A DNA stretch of 64,000 nt, from positions 21,514,001 through 21,578,000 of the forward strand of contig JBHGNT010000008.1 of NCBI GenBank assembly GCA_043228905.1, written 5' to 3'. Below, piece after piece: positions 13,686 through 23,388 of this stretch (position 1 is its first letter; every line of letters starts with the position of its first letter). Under the pieces are notes generated by a model. That model saw nothing but the letters and a program-made list of their open reading frames with translations. It was not told the origin of the DNA and made no database searches. The DNA comes from Azolla caroliniana (Eukaryota; Plantae; Polypodiophyta). The translations under genes were made by a program, and so were the position numbers.

Positions 13686-13934
13686 TGAAATGTATTTTGG
13701 AATGCATTAAGACAAGGGGGATCAATGAAATTTCCTCCATGCAAATGGTGGTTTTTGTTGTTTCTAATTTGTATATTTCATGATTGAAACTTGAAAGAGT
13801 ATCAATTGAAGGATTACTTTGTTGTTACTCTTTCAATCATGAAATATACAAATTAGAAACAACCAAAACCACCATTTGCATGGAGGAAATTTCATTGATC
13901 CTCCTTGTCTTAAAGTATTCTAGAATACATTTCA
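13686..13934. repeat. Long inverted repeat (~104-bp arms: 13686-13789 and 13831-13934)
   Basis: Arms are near-perfect reverse complements; the spacer also pairs (ttgaaagagta/tactctttcaa). Confidence 0.92.
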
Positions 13935-14001
13935 TAACACCAAATGTTGATTGAATATCAATTTCATTAGCAACAAATGTTCTACACTTCATTGTTTCTC
14001 C

Positions 14002-14165
14002 GACATAGCATAAGCATGATGATTCCTTCGATATAGCATGGAATGATGATCCCTTCAATATAGCATGGGCATGACGATTCTTTCATGCTAGACATAACAT
14101 GGACATGACGATTCCTTCGACATAGCATGGACACGCCGATTCCTTCGAGATAGCATGGACATGAT
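14002..14165. repeat. ~28-bp tandem repeat, ~6 copies
   Basis: Unit gacatagcatggacatgacgattccttc with variants. Confidence 0.85.
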
Positions 14166-14265
14166 CTCTCCTTTGGGTATGCTTGTGCCCTAGAAGGGCT
14201 TCACATCCTAGTTAACAAGTATCACACTCATCTCAGAGTGTCAAGATTCTTGTCGTTGTTACATG

Positions 14266-14721
14266 TAGCAATCGACAATAGTTTCATTTGGTTCGAGAGT
14301 GTCAAATTCAAACCGTTAAAAAAATGAAACTTTAACCAAACCGAATTGAACCACGTAACTGTTTAAACCAAACCTTTACAAAAAAATCAAGCTCAAACCA
14401 AACGGTTTTAGAGACTTTCAAACCCTTAAACCGTTAAAACCATGGTTTCGCGGTTCGGTTTTGGTTTTCAAGTTAGGCCAAAATTCAAAATTTCAAATTT
14501 AATTTTAAAAGTTTTAAATTTTAAATTTTCAAAAGTTAAAGTTTTTTTCTTAAAATATCAAAATTAGGCATAAAATGTTCAAAAAAATACTTAAGAAAAT
14601 GATCAAATGTCAATCCTAAACCGTCAAACCGATGAAGGCTCAAACTGAACCGAACCGTTTACAAAAACCTAAACCTAAACCAAACCAAACCAAACTGAAC
14701 CAAACCTGTAGCTGATTGTTA
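14266..14721. mobile_element. hAT-family MITE
   Basis: Ends tagcaatcg.../...ctgattgtta; 8-bp TSD gttacatg/gttacatc; same family as 46795-47236. Confidence 0.85.
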
Positions 14722-14997
14722 GTTACATCAACTTACATCCATCAATCAGTGGATCTCTAATTATTTCTTCACTAATTACATACTTGTTCCATTATATGTT
14801 TGGGTGAAAGTGAATCTGATTTTGTAAATTGTACTCAATAATGGTTAGTATATTATCTCCTCTCTTTTGCTCTCTCATTGTAAACATTGAGGAACAGAGA
14901 GAAACAGAGTGCATCAGAGAGACACCTAGTAGGCCTTTCTTGGCCATGAAATCCTTCAGAAAGATGATATTGTGCCTACACAAGGCACTACTCTCTC

Positions 14998-17211
14998 ATG
15001 CCTCCCATGGCTTCACCTCAGAAGCTTACATTAGTGGTGCGAGAAAATTGCAAGAGAGAAAGAAGAGCTTCTTTGGCCCAAGCTATGGAAATGCATATCC
15101 ATATCTGCAAGAGTGGCCTGCAAAGCCATGGATTAGTAGGGAACTATTTGGTCCCAATGTTGGCCAGTTATGGATCCATGTCTCATGCTCAAAAAGCTTT
15201 TGATTTGCTTGTATACAAGAACGAACTCACATTGAGCTCTCTCATTATTGGCTATGCCAAGCATTCTGATGACCCACAACATGCTTTTCTCCTGTACAAG
15301 AAAATGCAAGATAATGATGACATCCATGCCAATGCACAACTGTATTTGGCTTTGATCAAGGCTTGTACTAAGTGGAAATATGTGGAAAAAGGGCATGAAA
15401 TATATGATGAGATTTCTCGATGTGGTATGTTGGATACGAATGTTTATGTTAGTAGTGCCTTGGTTACTATGTTTGTGAGGTGTGGATGTCTTGACAAAGC
15501 ACGAGAAGTGTTTGACAAACAACCTTCCGTTGTTAGGGACGTTGTCTCATGGAATGCTTTGCTGTCAGGTTATGTCGAGCATCAATGTGAGGAAGAAGTG
15601 CTCTGTTGCTTCAATAACATGCTGTCCGACAATGTCTACCCTGATGAAGTCACCTTCCTTTGTGTGTTAAGGGCTTGTTGTAACACTGGAGACGTTATGA
15701 AAGGGAAAGAAATCCATATTGAGACCGTAAAACGAGGCTTCGAAGGAGAGGTTCTTCTTGGAAACACATTGATTGATATGTATGCGAAATTCGGTTTCCT
15801 TGCCGAAACACAACAGATATTTTCACAACTTGTGGTTCAAGATGTGGTTGGATGGACCTCGTTGATTGCAGGATATGCCGAAGACCATGGGTTGGATGCT
15901 CTACGCTTTCTTGAACAGATGCAACAAGAAGGTGTCTCTCCTGATGCAATTACATATGTCTTTGGCCTTAAAGCTTGTGGTGACATAAGAGCTTTGTTCA
16001 AAGGTGAAGAATTGCATTCAAGAATTTCAAGAGAGATGTTGTTTCAGAAAGATATTTTTGTAGGTAGTACTTTACTTGATATGTACATGAAATGTGGTTG
16101 TCTTGTTGAAGCAAGGGAAGTCTTTGAAAAGCTTCCAGTGAGAGATGTGGTCTCGTGGAATGCTTTGATTTCCGGATACATAGAGCATGGATGTACTGAT
16201 GAGGCACTAGATTGTTTCGAGAAGTTACAAAATGAGGGTTACTCTCCAGATATTGTTACATTTATCTTTATCTTGAAAGCTTGTTGTAGCATCAGAATGA
16301 TAGCCAACGGACAATTGAAGCATGCTGAGATAGTTAAGAAAGGACTGGAAAAGGAGGATATCATTGGAAACACTTTAATTGACATGTATGCAAAATGTGG
16401 CTTGCTTGTTGAAGCTCAGGAAGTATTTGGCAAAGTTGACGTGCAAAGTGTTGTATCTTGGACCGCACTTATTTCAGGATATGCGGAATATGAACATGAC
16501 GAGGAGGCGCTTCATCATTTTGAACAAATGCAACACAAAGGAGTCCCTCCTGGAGATGGCACGTTTCTTGGAAGCTTAAAGGCGTGTGGAAACTTGGGAG
16601 CAACTATCAAAGGGCAAGAAATACATATTTCGATTGCTATAAAAGGGCTTGAAGAGTGTCTCCTTATTGGAAATACTCTAGTAGATGTGTACGCTAAATG
16701 TGGGTCCCTTACAGAAGCACAAGATTGTTTTGACAAGCTCCAACTCCGAACTGTCATCTCTTGGACAGCATTGCTCATGGGGTACGCCCAAATCGGGAAG
16801 ACTGAAAATGTTTTGGCTGTCTTTGAACAAATGCTTGATGAAGGAATGAAACCTAATTTTATCACATTCATGACCCTTCTTACTGCATGTAGTCACACAG
16901 GTTTAGTAGAAAAAGGGCATATGTATTTTGAAGTCATGTGTAGTAATAACTATGGTTTTGTCCCAACTCCTGAGCATTATGCTTGCATGATCGATCTTTT
17001 GGGTCGCGCAGGACATATAGAAAAGGCGGTCAAAATTGTAGAAAAGATGCCATATCATCCCGGGACCCTTGTATGGCGTACGATATTGGGAGCTTGTCAA
17101 AAATGGGGTGATGTAGAATATGGGTATCACGCATTCAAACATGCAATACAAATAGACAAAAGTGATGCCGCAACTTATGTTGGTATGGCTAACATCCTTG
17201 CTGAGGCTTGA
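14998..17211 (+). CDS. PLS-class pentatricopeptide repeat protein with partial E domain and no DYW (putative organellar RNA-editing specificity factor)
   Basis: 737-aa intronless ORF; repeated PLS triplets (NTLIDMYAKCG...DVVSWNALISGY...PDxVTF); HYACMIDLLGRAG and WRTILGAC motifs; ends at AATYVGMANIL. Confidence 0.93.
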   Translation: MPPMASPQKLTLVVRENCKRERRASLAQAMEMHIHICKSGLQSHGLVGNYLVPMLASYGSMSHAQKAFDLLVYKNELTLSSLIIGYAKHSDDPQHAFLLYKKMQDNDDIHANAQLYLALIKACTKWKYVEKGHEIYDEISRCGMLDTNVYVSSALVTMFVRCGCLDKAREVFDKQPSVVRDVVSWNALLSGYVEHQCEEEVLCCFNNMLSDNVYPDEVTFLCVLRACCNTGDVMKGKEIHIETVKRGFEGEVLLGNTLIDMYAKFGFLAETQQIFSQLVVQDVVGWTSLIAGYAEDHGLDALRFLEQMQQEGVSPDAITYVFGLKACGDIRALFKGEELHSRISREMLFQKDIFVGSTLLDMYMKCGCLVEAREVFEKLPVRDVVSWNALISGYIEHGCTDEALDCFEKLQNEGYSPDIVTFIFILKACCSIRMIANGQLKHAEIVKKGLEKEDIIGNTLIDMYAKCGLLVEAQEVFGKVDVQSVVSWTALISGYAEYEHDEEALHHFEQMQHKGVPPGDGTFLGSLKACGNLGATIKGQEIHISIAIKGLEECLLIGNTLVDVYAKCGSLTEAQDCFDKLQLRTVISWTALLMGYAQIGKTENVLAVFEQMLDEGMKPNFITFMTLLTACSHTGLVEKGHMYFEVMCSNNYGFVPTPEHYACMIDLLGRAGHIEKAVKIVEKMPYHPGTLVWRTILGACQKWGDVEYGYHAFKHAIQIDKSDAATYVGMANILAEA

Positions 17212-17459
17212 AAATCGACATTATAGGGTCTAATGAATGATTTGTTATTTGGGTAGTCGGGGTTCTAATGCCAATACAAGCTCCATATAGTTTGGCATGA
17301 GAATAGCTTGTTGTGTATATGTACCTCATTTGATCCTCGTGAACTCAAATGGATTGTCCGACAAGATGATATAGAAACCGGCAAAAATGTGCAGAGAGGC
17401 TGATGCAATTATATGTATTTGCCTTTTGAAATTCGATAGCAACGATTGTTCGGCCACCA

Positions 17460-17634
17460 AATTGATAGCTAACAATTGTTCTGCCACAAATATGCAAGAG
17501 CAATATTTTAAGTATAGGAACCATTGAAGTTCAACAGAGAGGTTTTTAAAAGTTATCACAGGCAAGAAACACTGAATTGATAGCTAACAATTGTTCTGCC
17601 ACAAATATGCAAGAGCAATATTTGAAGTATAGGA
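17460..17634. repeat. ~60-bp direct duplication
   Basis: attgatagctaacaattgttctgccacaaatatgcaagagcaatattt.aagtatagga at ~17461 and ~17576. Confidence 0.85.
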
Positions 17635-18827
17635 AGAATGAAACATTTGTGTAAATCTCTGCTAGAGACTAGCCCTCAAAGTAGCATGATGAATTCATTG
17701 AATGACCAACCAACCATCCATCTATGATGAAGACCAAATATATATCCTTTCAAGATTTTTAGCATGATCATGTATCGTCTTGCAAACATACAATGTTGAG
17801 ATTGTGGACTTCAACATGCTTGCAAAATATTTTCTTTTTGTATACATGATTTCCAATTATCCCTCATGTGTTGTGATTTCATTACTTTTTGGCATTCCTA
17901 AGAATACTATATTTGAAAGTCTTAACCCTCGGTCCCATGTTTTGGCTTCACCCATTTTCATTTACATTTGTATGGTTTAGAATCGTCTTTCCTCTCTCCT
18001 TTTTTATATCTTGTTATGAGTGAAAACTTGATGCGCACACAAGGGAAGTGAAAACATGATAAATCAAACTCAAGAACAAGGGGTTTGGTTTGTCTCAATG
18101 ATCTATATCAACATCCATTAACATTGGGACAAAGGAATCTGAGAAAGATATAGATTGGACACACAAGTTGGGAAGTCTTTGCAAGCATCTATAAATCAAA
18201 AGGCCTCTCTAAACTTACCATAAGGTATGTATAATGAGCTCATTGAATACTACTGCCACCGCTGCCACCAAAATCTCCACTATCAAAATCTCACTATCAT
18301 TGCCATGCTACATATCAATGATACCTCTATAGCTAATACTACAAGTATAGTCTTTATAACAATATACAACAATGAGAACTCTACCCAAAATTTGCAACAT
18401 AATATTAATAAGGTAAGAGCGAGAACCAACAACACCAAGAACTCTTTAGTTGATAAGAGAATGTGCATCGTTTAGGGTTCACTAGTATCAATATCTAATA
18501 GAGAGCATGAAATATATATATTGACGAACATGCCCTATGTATTGCATTTCAATTAAATATTTAAGTGGTAGACAAGGCCCAATGTTGGTTAATAGTAACA
18601 CCATTTGTAGGACTTACATGACCAAGTAGAGCTCTCCAATTAGCAATCAACAAAAAGGCCACTCTAGCCATGGGTCATTATTGGAATCAACTGACACTTG
18701 GTGGGGCTTCTTTAGGTTGCACCACCAAGGCATTAATTTTTACAATTACTGATACCAATATTCTTCGCAATGACATCGAAGGTACCAATAGTCCATTTAG
18801 ATTCTAGCTAGAGAACAACTCCCAACT

Positions 18828-18960
18828 TACATACTGTACATACAAACATACATAGCATACATATAAACATACATAGCACACTTACAAAAATACATAGCAT
18901 ACTTACAAACATACATAACATACATGACATACATACAAACATAACATACATGCATAACAA
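18828..18960. repeat. Degenerate (CATA)n microsatellite
   Basis: catac/acata units directly before the 5' end of the LINE. Confidence 0.85.
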
Positions 18961-18961
18961 A

Positions 18962-20025
18962 TATAAGGTAGCAAACACATTGTACTTGGATTGATGAGAA
19001 ACTTGGGTCAACAAAACAAGAACTTGTTGTACTATTAGAAAAGTGTGCATAATTTCAATATCATCGTAGGATAGCTAATTGGACCCAATTGGGTGATAAA
19101 TGCATTGTTGAATTTTTCCATGCAATGAGACCCAACCATATTGCCGTTTCACTCAAACAACTACAACATGAGAATGGGACCATCTCATTTGACCCCCAAG
19201 TGATGAGAGAGATAGCCACACGATACTATTCCAATCTATTATCAGTTGTTTCCTTTTCCAATGAGGATTTAACAAGTCGCTCATGTGTATGGAATAAGTT
19301 GAATCCAAGAAAAACACAAGATATGAATATGCGTCTTCGTGACATTCTTACTTGTGTTTTTCTTGGATTCAACTTATTTGAGTCGGATGAATAACTTTAG
19401 GCATTATAGTACTAAGTCGTATACTAATTGCTTTAGCTACGATTTTATACACCGTATTCAGTAGTGTAATCGGACACCATTTCTTGATGTCCAGTGAAGG
19501 ACCATCTGATTTAGGGATAAGGTAAATTAGTCCTTTTGTAAAATGTGAAGGCATACTACCCTTTCGAAGAATTTGTTGGAATGCGTACATAAATTTGCTT
19601 TGAACAAGTCCCAATATTTAATGAAGAATGTTAGGGTTAGACCATCCATACTTGGACAACAATTTTTAGGCAAAGCTTGGAGTGCTTCACTGAATTTGCA
19701 GATGACACTGCCATATACTTAAAAGGTGATTCGGAAAATCTCCAAAAAACAAAATTGTCCATATCCACATTCTGTAAGGCTTCAGGTGCATTGGTCAATT
19801 GGAACAAGTCCTTTGCATTTTGGGTGGTTGATATAGATCCTCCTTTATGGAATCCACAAATTCCGCAATTTCGATGGTTACCATCAGGCTTCGCAATTCG
19901 GTACCTAGGATGTACAATAGGTATTGATCTTTCAGTGAAAAATCAAGGGGCACCCCTCCTATTGTAATTGCGGAAAAAATTGTTATTATGGAGTTAAACC
20001 AAGTTGTCTTTTGCTTGTCGGATTG
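18962..20025 (+). mobile_element. LINE copy A, 5' part (ORF2 RT region with internal inversion ~19379-19675)
   Basis: WTQLGDK linker on +; GLIYLIPK/PITLLNTVYKI on -; EFADD on +; continues at 32499 after the LTR insertion. Confidence 0.9.
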
Positions 20026-20181
20026 TGTCACGATACAATGACATAAAATATATAGTTGATGAGGATTCAACTTTCAACCTCACATCATGCTCAACCATCT
20101 TGATATGAGCATTGTATAAGATATATTTGATCTACATATCATTGTATACGATGTACATGATCTAGGTATACTCTCTAGACA

Positions 20182-20245
20182 TCTAGAAAGTTCTAGAAAG
20201 TTCCAAGGTTCTAGAAGGTTCTAGAATATTCTTCAAAATATTCTA
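20182..20245 (+). promoter_or_regulatory. Heat-shock-element-like array in the LTR U3 (second copy ~22551-22612)
   Basis: GAAagTTCtaGAAagTTC...TTCtaGAAggTTCtaGAAtaTTC: alternating nGAAn units upstream of TATAAATA (20268). Confidence 0.6.
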
Positions 20246-20574
20246 ATGCATGTACTTCAACTTAGAGTATAAATACTTGTAACCATCTTGGTCCATTTCA
20301 AGGGATTCAACGCCAGTCATTGACACATCAATCTAGTATTCTTGTTTAGCCCCATCTTCTCTCCTTGATTTACATATCTGTCTTTATGCTCTTGTATTGT
20401 TCCTAGCGTTTTAAGTTCCTCATCTTATCGCTCCCAACTTCCCAAGTTTCTATCGTCATCATGTCGAGTTCCACATTCGTAACCTTATTGTCGTAGCCTC
20501 GTCATATGTGCTTTGTCGTAGTGTAGGGTTGATGTGTCCGTGACGGTTTGAATCCCTTCCAATTGGAAGCATCC

Positions 20575-21050
20575 CTAGTCTTTGTCATCGCCCTTGCTTT
20601 TATAGTTACTATCGTCACTGTCGTTGCTTCGAGAGTTACCATCATCAACATCCTTTCGTTTCCTATCTTCCTCGACATCTCTATCTCTTAGTTTCTTCCC
20701 ATCATTGTCTTTGTCTTTTAGTTTCTTCTCATCCTCCATATATCTATCTCTGTGTTTCTTATCATCATCATCCCTATCTTTGCACTTCTTATCATCTTCC
20801 ACATCCCTATCTCTGCATTTTTTGTCATTGTCATCCTTCTCCTTGTGTTTCCTGCCGTTTTCATCTCCATCTATGTGTTTCTTATCATCATCATCCCTAT
20901 CTATGTGTTTCTTATCATCTTCGTCCCTGTCACTATGTTTTCTATCATCCTCTATATCTCTGTCTTTGTGTTTCTTTTTATCCTCAATGTCTCGATCGTT
21001 GTGTTTCTTATCCTCTTCATCTATTTATTTGTTTCCATCATTGCCATAGT
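20575..21050. repeat. 30-33-bp CT-rich degenerate tandem array (antisense reading DDKKHRDRD)
   Basis: Repeated tgtttcttatcatcatcatccctatct units. Confidence 0.85.
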
Positions 21051-21180
21051 CACAGTCATTGCTTCCAGAGATGCTTCCTCAACATCATTGTCTTCATTAC
21101 TTCGACTTCGACATCATCATCTTCAACACCTCTTGGGGTCGTTATCAAAACTATTTTGCCTAGCTTTCATCGACGTCAAG

Positions 21181-21770
21181 TGTTCTAGTTCCCAATGAGG
21201 ACCGCACATGGTCGCTCATGCCCGTTCGTGTTCCGATTCCCGGTGAGGACTGCACATGGTCACTCACGTCCATTGGTGTTCCTGTCTTCATTGAGGACCA
21301 CACATGGTCGCTCATGCCCGTTGGTGTTCTGATTCTCGGTGAGGAACGCGCATGGTCGCTCACGCCCTTTGGTGTTCGTGTTCACGGTGAGGACCACACA
21401 AGGTTGCTCATGCCCGTTGGTGTTCCAGTTCCCCGATGAGGACCGTACATGGTCGCTCACGTCCGTTCGTGTTCGTGTCTCTGGTGAGGACTGCACATGG
21501 TCGCTCACGGCCGTTGGTGTTCCAATTCCCGGTGAGGACCGCACATGGTCGCTCATGCCCGTTGGTGTTCCAGTTCCCGGTGAGGACCGTACATGGTCAC
21601 TCACATCCGTTGGTGTTCGTGTCTTCGGTGAGGATTGCACATGGTCTCTCATGCTCGTTGGTGTTCTAGTTCCCAGTGAGGACCGTACACGGTCGCTCAA
21701 GTTTATTGGTGTTCCAATTCCTGGTGAGGACTGCACATGGTCGCTCACGTCCGTTGGTGTTCCAGTCTTC
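21181..21770. repeat. 48-bp tandem array, ~12 copies
   Basis: Unit gaggaccgcacatggtcgctcatgcccgttggtgttccagttcccggt at 21197, 21245, 21293 onward; contiguous, with no unique spacers. Confidence 0.95.
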
Positions 21771-21843
21771 GCTCACCCCTACACGCTTTCGTAAAGGGGA
21801 GGATAATGTGACGATACAATGACATAAAATATATAGTTGATGA

Positions 21844-22414
21844 TGTTAGGAATCGACCAGCCACAACTGGTTACGCATTCATATTCGGGTGCACAAAACA
21901 AGAGAGCTAATACACAGCTAGAAAAACATGAAGACAGAAAACAAGTACAGAGAGACACCGGATGTGTAACGTGGAAACCCGAACTGGAAAAATCATGTGG
22001 AGTCAACAAACTCCAAAAAGATCACTATGGTAGGGAAGAAGTACAATGAGGAACTCGGAGGCAACGACCTCGAGTTCTCCTTCGTTTGACAGACGGCTAC
22101 AGAGTTGCACTCTCACACTCACACTCTTCCTCTGATAGTTACAAAGGTAACTACATCCACTAACTCTATGACAACTAATGATCAACACACACTTCTATAA
22201 AGTTTGCCCTAGTTGTTTTTATACCAAAACAACTTTCAGGTTATTTACAAGTATGGCCCGCAAGGGGCATTTTAGACTATTTACAATTATTGTCTTCTGA
22301 ATCGATTTCGGTTCTCAATTTTGACCTCGGCCTTGGCCGAATTACCCTTGTGTCCTCGATTTCGGTTTCGGCCTCGACCTTCTCTTCCCATCCGGAGGGA
22401 CCTGTTTCCCAACA
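21844..22414. mobile_element. Solo LTR (571 bp) inserted in the 3' LTR of the non-autonomous element
   Basis: TGTT...AACA termini; 5-bp TSD GATGA (21839-21843 and 22415-22419); the host LTR resumes after it. Confidence 0.92.
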
Positions 22415-23388
22415 GATGAGGATTGAACTTGCAATCTCCACATCAACAATACATCATGCTCAACCATCTTGATATGAGCATTGTATAAGATATATTTGAT
22501 CTACATATCATTATATAAAATGTACATGATCTAGGTATACTCTCTAGACATCTAGAAAGTTCTAGAAAGTTCCAAGGTTCTAGAAGGTTCTAGAATATTC
22601 TTCAAAATATTCTTATGCATGCACTTCAACTTAGAGTATAAATACTTGTAACCATCTTGGTCCCTTTCAAGGGATTCAATGCCAGTCATTGACATATCAA
22701 TGTAGTTTTCCTCATTTCATGCCATATTGTCTCCTTGATCTTCATATTTGTCTTCATGCTCTCTAATTACTCACCGCTTCTAGAGTTCCTAGCCTCGTCA
22801 CTTCCAATTCCACGTTTGTAGCCTTATTAATTGTAGCCTCGTGTCATCCGTGCTTCATTCTCTTATGTCATTCCTAGCTTCTTAAGTTCCTCGTAGCCTT
22901 TGTTAACTCTTCAGGCCGGACAATGGCCTAACACAGGGTGTCTACGGGAGACACTTCACCAAAGGATGTTACGGCAACCGGATTAGACTTCAACGCTTAA
23001 TCCGACTTAATTAAGTTACTTATTAGGATCGTCTTTCATAACACGCGTAAGATATAACAATTACGACAGAATGGCAATTAACACAGAGAGATAACAACGC
23101 TTAAGCTTTCATTAATTAACCGCTAACTATTACATTGTATCTGGGCCTTTAAATAGGTTTCCGGTCTGTATTACAAAATGGTGCCATCCGCACCTGTTCG
23201 GGATCGGTCCGGATCCGGAACGGCATACCGTTTCCGGTCCGTCCATCCACACTCATAGCTTAATTACAACCACATTCCTACTACTTAATTAGCTCTCTAT
23301 TTCCCACTCTGGACTCCTTTGCCGGCCGGTAACACATGGCACGCCCGTGGGACAGTACCTTGTATGTCGAATCCACAACCGACCCTTG

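Noticed and set aside
14002-14165. 28-bp repeats as a CRISPR-like array
   Set aside because: Head-to-tail minisatellite without spacers.
20624-21198. + strand Ser/Leu/Phe/Ile-rich ORFs as membrane proteins
   Set aside because: Artifacts of the CT-rich tandem array.
21181-21770. Regular 48-bp array as a CRISPR array
   Set aside because: Contiguous units with no unique spacers, no cas genes and a eukaryotic context.
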